Assembly: GCA_002189035.1 (NCBI GenBank)
Contig: CM007990.1
Location: forward strand, 2,542,001-2,606,000
DNA from: Utricularia gibba
Taxonomy: Eukaryota; Plantae; Magnoliophyta
Length of the DNA stretch: 64,000 nt
Direction of reading: 5' to 3'
Shown piece by piece: positions 23,831 through 36,804 of this stretch. Under the pieces are notes generated by a model that saw nothing but the letters and a program-made list of their open reading frames with translations, had not been told where the DNA came from and searched no databases. Made by a program: the position numbers and the translations under genes. The first letter of the stretch is position 1. Each line of letters begins with the position of its first letter.

Positions 23831-24849
23831 TTTTTGGTTTCATTACCTAGGAATTGCTTTATTTTTGGATTTATTTTTTTATTGTTCTTGCATAGGATTA
23901 TTTACTTACTGTTATTGCATGCACAAGAACTGTATACCAATCTAGTTGTGATAATGGATATAAATGATAATTGCTCCAAGCACCATATCTTCCATACCAT
24001 TATGATTTATATTGTTCACAACATATTCTTTCCAAGCCATTTGCAGGCTTGACGCATTCAACTATAGATAGCCCATCATACTCTTCGATTTGAGCACCAT
24101 AATTTCCAAACTTTGTGATCAACGTTGAGCATAGATAGCCCATTCTGATACATTTTCCAAGACTGTTACATCCAATTGTGGAAAGCCAGTGAGTCCCTTT
24201 AATATCCCCCTATGGGTTATGAGACCAATCCTTGTTTGGGTTGATAAAGAAGAGGTTGATGAGATCTACCTCTTCAAAAGCAATCAGTGAGATTGATGAG
24301 AATGAGAAAGGTGAGTTTCTACCCCTTCAGATTGAAGAATTATGTTGATGAGGATATTTCACACTTTTGAAAACGAACAAGAAGAAGCTCAATCTGAGTT
24401 TGAGGAGAGCCTCTATTTTTGCTAGACCTCAAAACATGTACTACTCGCTATCATAAATAGGAATCATAGGATGAGGATATAAGCCATATATATATAAAGA
24501 CAATACACAAGATTATGGGGAATGTAAAAACACTTCCATCTTCCAAAAGATCAAATCTTTTGAAGAAGATGGCTCACTAGACCTCTCAGATCCAACAATC
24601 TACCACCCCAATCAGCCTACACCCACATCCTTTTGATTCCTAAATTTTATGAGCATAAATGAAATAAATAAAATAAAATAAAATCTCATTTAACTAATAA
24701 ATATATGTTAAAAAATCAACAAAAGATGGAGAGATAATTTATACCTCCTTAGTATATTACTCACAATTTATTTCTACATGATATGGGTGTTCTTCATTGG
24801 CCTAAGCAAGGTTGTTAGGGAATCCTTCAATCATTTTAGCCTTCCCCTT

Positions 24850-25190
24850 TCTAGATTGAGCCATCAAGTGGGCCTTCACCCTTGACGCCTTTTTTTTTTT
24901 TTTTCTCAAAAGTGTGCTCCTTGATTGGCACCTTAGGCTAGGGAGCTTTTGGAGTTTGTCATCCATCGTTCCTCTTCCTGATTCCTTCGGGTGCTCGCCT
25001 GATCTATGAAACTATTAAAGAGTCATCACTCCAACAGCAGTCCTAAATTCATGGTACGCAGAACACACTCATCAATGTTGTGTGAGGTGGTGCAATGGAA
25101 TTTACAAAACTCTCACGTCCTTGGCTTTATTTTGATGTTGAGGGCCTCCTCCAAGGTCTCCATCAACTTCACCCTATCAGCCACTAAACA
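24850..25190 (-). mobile_element. Highly degenerate gypsy gag zinc-knuckle relic
   Basis: The - strand reads FCKFHCTTSHNIDEC (C-x2-H-x4-H-x4-C), the same spacing as the Tat gag knuckle. Confidence 0.35.
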
Positions 25191-27321
25191 AAAAATTTGC
25201 AAATATCGTTCAAAATGCAAATTTTTACTATCAAATAAATTTATAAATTTAATTTAAATTCAATCATACAACAAATACGATATGTACTTGCTATGTTGAG
25301 CATAGTTGATTAAAATTGAATATAAAGAATTATGTGTTTACTATGTGAAAGCTAATACATTCAATGTTTGTCACATTTGAAGATTAAGTCTAAACTAAGA
25401 GTAATTCAGTTGTTATTTAGGAAGAAATGAGGTGATGCCTTAAGACTTCTAAGAATAGTATATTAATTACTACAATTATCTCATCCAAATAAAAAATCAT
25501 TCACCTAATAAATAAAGGTTCAAATCTACTTAAGCCATTATCTTTTCTTCATTTTTTATCTACCTCTAATTAGGATTGTTTATAATGAAAATTACTACCT
25601 CCATCTCCTGAATTTTGGTTTGTTAAGGAAATAACATGATTACGTGATAAGTGTGGTTTAGTAAATAATGAACATGTTTATCCTCCCCTTTGTTCCAAAA
25701 TACCAATTGATGTTTAGCTATTCATAATAAAGGAAAATAAAACTAATGTATAGAATATCAGCATTCATATATTCATGTCACAAATTCAAGAAAAAGACAA
25801 TAGACAGTATCACGAAAGCAAAATAGTTTTCAACAAAATATTGAAATCGTGTTCCTAATCTATTCTAGACTAGAATTAATATTCCTCATAAACAAAGTAA
25901 ATCTTCAAAAGTAAAATTTGTTCCTAGTTTTGCCTCCTTCATTCTTCTAGGTTCTCTGTGATTTTTTTCTAGATCTTCCTTTTAAAATTATTGTGTGTTG
26001 TTATTCCTTCCGTAGCTCCCTTTCTCTCCTTTCATTTTGTCCAAAATATCTCTTTTCTTCTCTTTGGAATTTGATGCAAACAATCTACGTTGTCATGCCC
26101 ATCTGAATATTAAACATGTTGAAATGTTGGTGAGAATCACCCTCATCACTGACTCTGGGATGCCCCTTAGACACATGAGAACTAGGTCTTGGAACATGGT
26201 TGATGACCTAGAGGGGAGAATAGATTGTAAGCATACATGCCCAATAAGTAGCTTCTCTTCCCCTCATCTATTTGATAGGGCCTGCATAGCTTATTTTACT
26301 AGGTATGGCCTGGCCTCACTGACTAGTATGCAACCTTCTAAAATAGGCTACTCCTTACTCATAGTTCATTAGCCAAGTTCCATTCTCAAAACTTGTTGAT
26401 GAGGAAATATGATTTCAATCTCATCATGTGATTTTAATTTCCTTCAGGGTATGAGAGAACCTTTTCCTAACAATAACTTCAGGATTCAGCAATAATTAAG
26501 AGTACATTATTAAGGAAAATTTTATGTACAATAAACCTTAATTTAAATCTCAAAAAATGGTAAAACATCCATTTGTGCTAGAGCTTGCACAAGTATGATT
26601 TCTTTTAACTATATTCAAACAGATTATAGTTAACTCTAACATGAAAAATAACAAAATAAGAAAAGAAAAACAAAAAAGTGATTAAAAGACATCTCAATAG
26701 TTGATCAAAATTTTCAAATCTTCATTTCTTTAATTGGTTTGGATCAAATGCTTTAAAAAAACTTTTTAATTGAATCGATATGATGGACTAAATCTCATCA
26801 TTTAGGCTCCAACTCATGCACCCTAAAATCTATTAATTTATTAATTATGGTGTAAATTATATTTTAGTACGATATAAAATCAATTATTATTACATTGTTC
26901 AATAATTTTTAAAATTATTTATATTCTATTTATACTTATTTATAATCTACTTCCAACTTTTGTTTAAAAAATAGATATCGTAAACCACTACTACTTATTT
27001 TTCATTTAATTATCTAATAACTTCAAGTAATTAAAAGTTACGAAAAAAGTCAGATTATATCATTAATAATATATTGAATTTGTGGTATTTTGGTGTTCAA
27101 CAATCGGCGTGGTGTTTGGAAATGTGATGGGTATTTAATTTTATAATTACTCATTGAAGTATAAAGTTTTGATAAAAATACATATATTAAATTTGTGACC
27201 CTTGGATTAAATCTCCTTCATCCACGCAGTTATTTGCAATGAAGAATGTGAAAACAGATTTTATTTTATTTTATCTCCAGGAAAATACATATCAAGATTT
27301 TATTATACTTTATGTTTAGCT

Positions 27322-28193
27322 ATGCAAAATCCTGCTGGGATTCTGATGCGAGAGGGCATTTCCGCAGCGACGGTTAGATTGGCCGCTGCCGGAACGACGA
27401 ATGCATCAATGGCTCGAAAACCGGCCGCCGCTGGGCATCCGCTTCTTCACTTTACCAAGCCTTCCTGGGTGGTTACCACTGAGGCATGCTCCTTTCTCCT
27501 ACTGCTTAATTTGCTAGTAATCTAGGGCGCTTGTGGGTTAATAATTGTCGGGGTAAAGCTGCAATTTTGAATGCTAAGATGGAGAATCGTCCACATTTCA
27601 GGTTATTGAGAATGAATAATTCATGTATATCATGCCCTAATATACCATTTTCTTAATTATTCATAACACTACAGTCCAGTGTTAGGAAAGAGACAATTGT
27701 GAAGCCAGATCCTCCATGCGTTGTCTGCGGAGGGAGTGGCAGAGTTCGTTGTCACAGCTGCAGGGGACGTGGTATGCTAATATTCCACTCTCTTATTTAA
27801 TTTTCAAATGTTCATCATATGCTTTCAGTAAACTCTGCGGTGTCGTACCACTAGCAGTCGGCTTTTCCAAAGACAAAAACAGGGTGTTTGTTTGGGGATG
27901 AATGCATTCTAATAAGATGTGAAATTTTTCAAAGGGAGGATCAATCACATCGACCTTGAAATGCTGCCGAAGGGAGAATGGCCCAAGTGGTACTGTAGAA
28001 TATTGCCACTCGCTTCTACATGGACTCCCCATAACTTGGTTGATCACTTTTTTTCAGGTGCAGCGGATGCGGTGGGAGTGGTCTAGAATTTTGTAGTCGT
28101 TGTCTGGGGACGGGTGAGTACCGCTACATCATGGGGTTCAAGTTCATGAGCAAGGATGCCGATAATCGCCCAAGCGATGATGCCATATCCTAG
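27322..28193 (+). CDS. DnaJ/Hsp40 cysteine-rich zinc-finger-domain protein, likely plastid-targeted
   Basis: Exons 27322-27483 (GC donor), 27675-27771, 27935-27989, 28058-28193. CxxCxGxG repeats CVVCGGSG, CHSCRGRG, CSGCGGSG, CSRCLGTG; DLEMLPKGEWPKW; EYRYIMGF. Confidence 0.9.
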
Positions 28194-28980
28194 GATGGAA
28201 GACGGAGCATCCAAATTTGAATTCAGTGTTGCAATGAAGGTTAAATTTGCAGGTGCTTCTTATTATTAGAATAATGATGGTGATTTGAATATGTTTCACG
28301 ACGGCCAAAACGCTTGCCCGCTAGATGAGCTTCAACCTTGGCTAGCCGAGAGATGTGTCTCTTATGCGGGGCGACTTGTTCAGGTCTTGGAGGGGAGGAG
28401 CAGGGAGTACTTAGGAACAGGATCTGTTTAATGGCATCTCACGTGAAAAAAATACTTTGTAAACATGATAACGACTTACCAGTGTAACGATATCTACCCA
28501 CTGGGTTCGCTGTGTTGGAGAAGATGTGCAGAGGTGGCTTCTGGTTCTACCAAGAGGTTCACAAGGAATTAACTACGGATAAATTTCAGATATGGCATTG
28601 ACTAAAAAAATGTTTTAATCAATAGTAATGGTTTGGATTTTCTGTAGATTATATCACTAACAATGGAAAAGTGTTTGTGATATGGTAATCATATATATAT
28701 AGTTTATTGAAATTTCTGATACATTCTTCCAAAATTTCGAATCTACCGTTCTATTTATTTTTTATATGAAAAAAGAAATTCATTACAATATTTATGAAAT
28801 GTCAAATTTTGATTGTGATGTTTAATTTATTTAAATATGAAGAGAGATATTAATTACAACATTTGCAAAATAACTTCTTTGTTGTGTATCACAGTTATTT
28901 TCATTTTTTTTTGAATTTATTTTTTAAAATAAATAAATTTTTGTATATATAATATTTATGATCTCTTTTATAATTAATAC

Positions 28981-29001
28981 TATATATATATATATATATA
29001 T
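28981..29001. repeat. (TA)n microsatellite
   Basis: About 10 TA units. Confidence 0.9.
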
Positions 29002-30709
29002 TACCCTTATATTTTTACAATAAGTTTCTTTAATCCACTAAATATATTTTCTAAAATAGAAATTATATGTTGCTGCATAGATGGTTTGTTATACGATGTT
29101 GTCATACTTAGTTGCAAACAATCATGTGAATCTCAAGTTTACTTTGAATTGTTGAGATATTGATGTCACACATTTTCCTCTTGTAAGAGGCATATTATCT
29201 ATATATTGCACTGTCTTTGACATTACTCAGTGATATCAATAGCATATTCTATCTTTGAGATGATGAAAATTATTGTTGACTTTGTAATATATGTTTTAAC
29301 TCTAACATGGAACTAGACTCTTTTCTATATGATCCTTCCTATGCTCTAAAAATGACATCTTTGATAATTTTGGTAATCCATTGTACTTTGGTAATGTATT
29401 TTCTTTCAACGACTACATTTAATATCTTTATTTTCAAGATTAATATGAAGTCTAAATGTATTTAGAGGCCATTCATATTCATCTATGGGTGATTCTCTTT
29501 CTCTGCATAACATGAATTCTATAACATGGATTTCTTCTTATTCGTGAATTGATGTTGAACTCGTGGGACATTTAAAAATTTAAAATAGTATTACCTATGA
29601 ATAATAGAAATTATATGCATTGCATAGTATTATGTAATTAAATTGATATCATAATTGAATGTTTTCCTTACACCAAATATTTTGAAAATTGTGAAAATCT
29701 TACATAATTAAAATTTTGAATATAATACTGAATAAAAAGTGAGAATCTTATCAAATTGCGACAACTTTTTTGGATTTTTAGGATGGTACATACATAAAAA
29801 TGTAATTTGTAGACCAAAATAATTTATCAAATACACTCAAATATGCTTACGGATGTGAGTCACTTATTAAATAAATTTATAATTAAAATTGATGTTCAAT
29901 ATATAGAAATTAATTTTTCGTGAACAATTATTCAAAAAAAATTTTATAATAAAATTTAAAATTATAAGTATATTATTAAGAGATAATTTAATCACATTAA
30001 ATTTTAAAAATAATTACTCAAAAAAATTTCATAAATTGATATAAAATATTATGATGTTTGATAAAGGAAAACATTTGAGATACAATATACTAATAATTGA
30101 GCGAAAAATCTTCATTTTTATAATGTTATCTTGAATATTCAACATATTACAACATTTAAGATGATAAATGTAATCATTAAGGATCATCTTTAGAAAAAAA
30201 AATACAGAAATTTTGAGTTTGTGGTATAGGGTTTTAGGGTTTAAACTAATTAAAATACTTAATATATTTCCTACTTTCTTTTAGAATAATGCAGTAATAG
30301 TTGGTTGTGATGAGAATATTTTTTTAAAATATTTGAAATGTGAAATTTAAGGTGACACATACATAAAGGTGTATTTTATAGGTGTCACCAAAATAATAAA
30401 TATATTTAGTTGTGCTTATGTAATGAGTTGTTTAGATGAATTTATAATTCAAATTGTTGTCCGGTATATAGAATTTAATTTTTATAAATAATTCTTTTAA
30501 ATAATTTTATAATAAAATTTAAAAGTATAATTATATTTTTGAGGGACAATACAATTATATTAAAATTTACGTTTTTTTATTAAAATTTATATATTTTTGG
30601 ATTGTTAATTAAAAAATTAAATTATTCAAATAATTTTTGGCTTTTTTTAACATATGATATTTTGCAAAGAATATGAGGTGATATTTTACATATAGAGCCA
30701 TTAACTATC

Positions 30710-31650
30710 TAGGAAAAAAGGCTTCTTTATCGAGATGGCACCGAAGATGCTGGCTCTCGGAGGAGATGGCACCTGGGCGTGGCGCTTGTTTTGGTAGTAT
30801 TAATTTTTTTCTATGGGGTTTCTCTTTCATTACAATTTTCATTCTCAGAAATCCTTGCAGCGAAGTCTTGGGACCAGCGATGGCTTTGACCCATTGCAAC
30901 AATTAAGTCCTTTCTCTTATGATCCCTATGTACAAGTTCTGCATAGACCTCAACTTGAAGGCACTTCTGGTGACTTTCGATATCATGGCGGAGGTGGGGC
31001 TGCGGTTTCCTCCCCATTCTTTCATCACCCGATTTCTAATTTCTTTGAGCATTTCCATCTACGCCCAGCACCAACACGTCTTCGCCATCCTTGTGGCTTA
31101 TCATGTTCTTGCATAGAGATAGAATATCCTATCTTTTTTGGAGCACCTTCTGGGTCTCTATGACCTGCGAAATAAGGTCATTTCTGGCTTCAAAGAGTAG
31201 TCATGTGGACGTTCAAAGCCATTTTCACTTTTGTTCCCCAATCAAGCCTCGCACAACAGGGTGGTCATGGTGGATTGGGAACATCGAATTCCTGATCTAG
31301 ACAGCCCCTAGCCATGTCCAAAATTTCTCAATTAAACGATACAAGTGGGCTCAGACTGTATCTCTGATGGTTAGTTGCCTTCCGGGTGATGCAATGATAT
31401 ACTCAATTCTTCATTTTCGCCGAAATCTATGATCAAAGGAGCATGATCCCGAACAGAGGCTCTTTGGATTCTTCCACTTATTGAGGTGTGCCTGATTGGG
31501 AAACCATCATTCTAGCTGAGCTGACGGGGGTGTGATTTAAGCAGCGCCCCGCAGCACCAATGGAACTTACCTCAACCTTTCAATAAGTTCCTATTGAGCA
31601 AAGTGTAAAACATGATCGCAGGTTCTAGGAACCTCAAATCACTGAATATA
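30710..31650 (+). mobile_element. Isolated decayed Transposase_28-like ORF relic of the Tat accessory-ORF type
   Basis: GC-richer island in AT-rich DNA. AEVGLRFPPHSFITRFLISLSISIYAQHQHVFAILVAY resembles SLRFPLHPLIIQFLN at ~13280. No LTRs found. Confidence 0.5.
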
Positions 31651-31884
31651 GCTTTATTCCAAGAAGAATCTGTAGAAAATTCAAAGTAGTAGAGATGATA
31701 GAGATCCAAGCTTGATTTATATTTTTGCTGCATAGCATTTTACCATAGTTATGTTTTTACCTTTTATATAAGGGTCAGGCCTAATCGTCTGATATTATTA
31801 ATGAGCTATCTCTCTACTAAAACCCACTACAATTATTAGGATGGGAGTATTTATCCGAGGGTGCCGTCCTCTCTTCATATTTAT

Positions 31885-33772
31885 GGGCATGTTTGGTTAT
31901 TGGATAAGGTCTAAACCCGGATTTAGTTTATTTGGATTTACATAAATGAATTTTATGGATTTAGAATATTATTCGTGTTTGGTTGATGAGTTTAAATTAT
32001 TTCGGTATAAGACTAAAACACGTTTGGTATATAGGTATAAAATTAAGTTTATGATGAATTTTCATATAAAATTACCAATATAACTTTCTCCAACAATAAT
32101 TACTCTTTTTTATTACAATTTGTTTTTCTCTTTCTCCACTGACTTTCATCATGTCTTAAAAACCTTTTGAAGCACTTCATCTGAAGATCGTGGTGCTGTC
32201 TCCAATAGTCTACTATGTAGTAACGTATTATCCCATGCTAACATGTAACACAATGATAGAATCCCACCACCACTTGCAGCAAGCACCGGATACCATGAAA
32301 ATCGGTGTTCATGTTGGAGCAAGCACCGTATCTTCAACTAAGAGTAAAATAACACAACTACGGTACTATGTGCAAAAATATAAAACTAGGCAGTAAAGCT
32401 TAGATTTTGTAGCACAATATGAGTCATTTCCCTGTATTCAATTACACAAAAATATGTGTTATCAATTCATCAACACTATCAATAGTACATCCATAAGCTA
32501 ACATTCGAATAGCAGCAGTACACTTTTTCAAAGCACTCAAACCTACATTACCAGTGGCATCCACTTTATCTTCAAAATATGGATCTACTGATTTGATAGC
32601 ATCCACAACTTGCTCAAATTAAAGAACGATGCATTCGAAATCTCTTACGAAATTGTTCATCTGTGTAAGTTGGATAATCACAAAAATAATCAGCCATCAA
32701 CCTTCATAACCTAATTTACGATTGCGTTCAATATATTGTCGTGGACATCGTTGTTTTGAAGACTCTTCTTCCTCTTCATCAATGTAATCAACTCTTAGAA
32801 TAATTGCCGCATAATCTATGCAATCATCATAAAAAAATAGGCCAAAGATTTGAAAAACTTAAATTCATGATACAGGTTATGCAAATACATTGTGACTCAC
32901 CTATAAATAAGAGAATATGAGTTTGCATTTCATTAGAATTTGGCGAAATTTGAATGTACATTTACATTATTATATATATCTATCATATTTATTTGTAACT
33001 ATCAAATTTATTGTTTCCTATCATATTGATTGATTTTCACCAACTTTTTTTTATATCTATCACATTTATAAATTACCTACCAAATTTAGATATCTATCTA
33101 CTACTTATGAACAACTTTATTTATATATATCAATATTTTTATTAGAAAATAAATTCGAAAATTAATTTATATAAATATAATAAAATTTCAATAGGTATGG
33201 AAATTCGTTTATAATATATATTACATATTTTTATAACAAAAAAACTAATCCAAATATAATGCATTTTCAATTGTTATATAAATTTAATTGTATTAAATAC
33301 TATATGTATTTATAATAAAAAAAATTATCTAAAAATACACATAACCAAAAACGTAAATAATAATAATAATATATATATATATATATAATAATCATTATTT
33401 ATATATATACTATTGATGAAAGAAAGATAGTCTTGAAAAGAAACAAAAGGATAATTTTTAAAAAATCATCTTGAATGTATAACGACTCATGAACAATAAG
33501 AATGATCGAAAACCTAAATCACATGAGTTTCTAGTAGAGTATATATACTTAATATCTAGGCTATCCAATAATAAAAAACACACATAAAAGTCCAACAACT
33601 TGAATCCAACACTTTTTTTAATTGGAACATGACTTCATGACACAAAATTAATGTTTTCAATCAACTTCAAGCTTTGGAGGCTGATCTCCAACATATACAA
33701 TATATATAATCATTGTATAAATATAGACAATATATATCAATAATAATGTGTCATTTCCCCATTATTTTTATA

Positions 33773-33825
<53 letters not shown>

Positions 33826-36272
33826 CATTAATAGTTATATTAAAGTACCACATTGATATATTAATTAAATGTCACATTTTCATTTATAATATTGTCTTTG
33901 TTAATAAGCTTGATGTTGCAAAAAATTGGGAAATTTGCAAATGCTGAAGCATACGGTTGTTCCATAGATGGCAGCAATGACAAATGAAAATCATTAGATA
34001 AAGGTTCTTCTGCCCTTGTTATCCAGAGTCTTCTTGAATAGCATGAAGCATGCAAAAGCTATTGTTCCAAAGATGAAAGCTGCAGCTGGAACTAGATAAC
34101 ATGTTTATTTATTTTGGATTGCTTTAGCAGCTGAGCAAATGATCATCATGTGCCATAGCTGCCACTCTTCTCAAGTAGGAATACCAATGCTTCAATCTTC
34201 CGGCTACAGGCAAAGGAAGCACAACAGACTCTAGAGAGGTTAGAAGTAGAGTAACCATCATAATAACAACGGTAATAATATCATCTCCATAAGTTGGATA
34301 AAACAATTCCATGATAGCAAAACATAGTGATAACAGTACAGAAAAAAGACAGAACAACAAAACATAATGATAGCAAAAAAACACAATAACCAAATACTTA
34401 ATCATCTCACTCATCAAGATCAACACAATCATTTTTTTCTTCATTTCTAGAAATACTCTGATCTCCACTCATGAACTTGGCATTTGCAATGCCATGATAA
34501 GCCATATCATGGATTGCTTTTTGTGCTGGAATAAGTTTGTTGACATCTTTATTTGAAAGTTTTTCAAGCATATCAATCAAATACATCTGATTGAATTGCC
34601 ATATCAACTAATTTCTTTTTTCAAGATTTTTATTCATCTTGTCAATAACTTTTAAATATTTGGTTTTGAAAGAAAAATAACTTGACTCAATCAATTGCTA
34701 TTCATTCCGTTTATGCTTGCCTTTTAGCCTAAAGGCCATTCTTCTTTTACTAAAATTAGTGAAAGTTGTAAAGTTGACACTTGTTCATTTGATGCACATG
34801 TGACACTCTCTTGTGATTCTTTATTATTTATACCACCTATCAATTTTTGTGCCTTGTAAAAAAAACATATATTAAATATTAGTAAAAACACATAAAAATA
34901 TGATATAAATTTTTCATACCGACATTCACTTTGATATCAATAAAATCCTTTTGCTCTTCAACTTTAAAAAGCTTTATTGTTTGTTGCTTGAAATCAAATT
35001 GGTTATAGCCATTGCCTTCTCTTAACATTATCCTATCCATACAGCCTCCAAATTTGCTGACATTAGAACTCAAACTTTTCCATTTTCCACTAGCATTTAA
35101 CCATGTTGAAACAAGAATAAGCTTATCTTCTTCGGTCCATGTTTGAGATGTTAATCCTCTAGTAGCAATTTCCTAAAAAAATGAAATAAAAAAATACACT
35201 AGAACATAGATAAAAACATTGAATAAAATAGGGAAAACTTCAGCAAGATAATATTATAGACAACATTAGAACCAAAATAAGGAACAATTCAGGGATAGAG
35301 GATTAGATTGATAACAAACCATTAATCAATAATAAAACTTGAGCTACATGAGATTGACTTAAATCAAATGACGTAAGGTTGTGGAACACACAACAAGGTT
35401 GCATACTAAAAACATTATTCATGAATAAAAACCATAGCCATCCAACAATGCTTCCTACATATAGAAACCATTATTTATGGATAAAAACCACAGTCACACA
35501 ACAAGGTTGATTGAAAAACATTTTTTATGGATAAAAAATACAACAATTGATAGAGAATAAAAATTCATAAAACTAAGGAAAAATCCAATCAATTCAAGTT
35601 AATATTTATCAAAAATAAAACTACAAAATCAAAAAAATAAAGAAAAAGATAATTGTTGAAAAACATTTGGATTTATCTTTATGGTGAACGAGGCAAAACA
35701 TTGCAAGAAGCAATCTGTTGTGTGAGGAAAACTTGTTGATAAAATACACATTCTAACCAATTCTTCAAAATTATTAAAGAATGCAACTCCAGCAATCTTC
35801 ATCTCTGATACCCACCCTCATAGAATATTGCTCAGGAAAAAACATTGAACAAAATTGGGTAAAAGAAAAAACATTTACATGTTATGTGCATGACCTAATC
35901 TAGTGCGTGTGAATAGAGAATGAGAGAAGATCAACTTTTATTACTGAGTTTCTCAGCAAAAACTGAATTTCCTCAAAGATAGTTTTCGAAAATTGGAAAA
36001 TTTAAATGTTAATGTTCGAAAATTTAAATGTTAAAAATATACATCCAAATCATCATTTTCGAACATGAATAATGATGTCCTAAGAATTCCTTGACTCATG
36101 CCAGTGTGTCGTCTTTTTTTTCATCTTCACGGGTTCTATGACTTTTTCCTTCAAAATCAAACAAAATTCAACAAATGTAATAGTGAGTAACATATTTATA
36201 CTCATTGGAAATGCAAAAAATTTGCTGTGAAATTCTAACTAACAAAACATCAAATGTGAGTGGAAATGCTCC
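31885..36272 (-). mobile_element. Degenerate PIF/Harbinger-type element (Plant_tran nuclease plus Myb-like ORF1); ends uncertain
   Basis: - strand 32830-32450 reads RQYIERNRKLGYE..MADYFCDYPTYTDEQFRKRFRMHRS..EQVVDAIKSVDPYFEDKVDATGNVGLSALKKCTAAIRMLAYG. - strand 35170-34880 reads QTWTEEDKLILVSTWLNAS...SNVSKFGGCMDR (Myb/NAM-associated type). Candidate termini: GGGCATGTTTGG at 31885 and TGGAAATGCTC at ~36262-36272. Confidence 0.7.
33781..33823. repeat. (AT)n microsatellite
   Basis: About 21 AT units, with a shorter array at ~33370-33389. Confidence 0.92.
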
Positions 36273-36804
36273 TGTGTAGCACATGTTCCCATCAATTTGC
36301 GCAATGATTTAGTGAGCTAAACTTATCTCTCAAGTAACTCTCCTCAAAACATAAATGGCAAACCTGCTTTAAACCCTGAAAATTTTGTAAACATATGTAA
36401 ATGTAAACCTATAAAATATCTCAAATAACTCTAATCTAATTTATTTCTATCCTATCTACCAGATTGGCCGGTAGAATTTTTAAGTGACAAGCAAAACTAA
36501 CTCCGTTGGCTTTTGTGAAGAGGCCAGATTCGAATGCCTTAGCCTTCACACCCCGTATGCAATGTAAGAGAACCTTTTCGATTTACGATTATCAACACTT
36601 CAGGGTTCATCGGGGTGGACCTGATCCAATTCAACCGAAACCATAACAAAAAAAACGGTTCGGGTTTGAAAACCTAGCTTCAGACTCAGCCGTTCTGATT
36701 CCGATCGCACTCCCGAAGAAATTGATTGATTTGCCTTCTCACCTTGGACTGGAACGAAATACTAAATCTTTTGCTGCATCTGACGATTGAGCTTGTTGGG
36801 AACA

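Noticed and set aside
26037-26372. 111-aa ORF as a gene or integrase
   Set aside because: No motif could be matched in any frame. It is probably an eroded TE, but I cannot support a call.
30227-30243. TTTAGGG-like repeats as an interstitial telomere
   Set aside because: Only about 2 units, compatible with chance or a telo-box.
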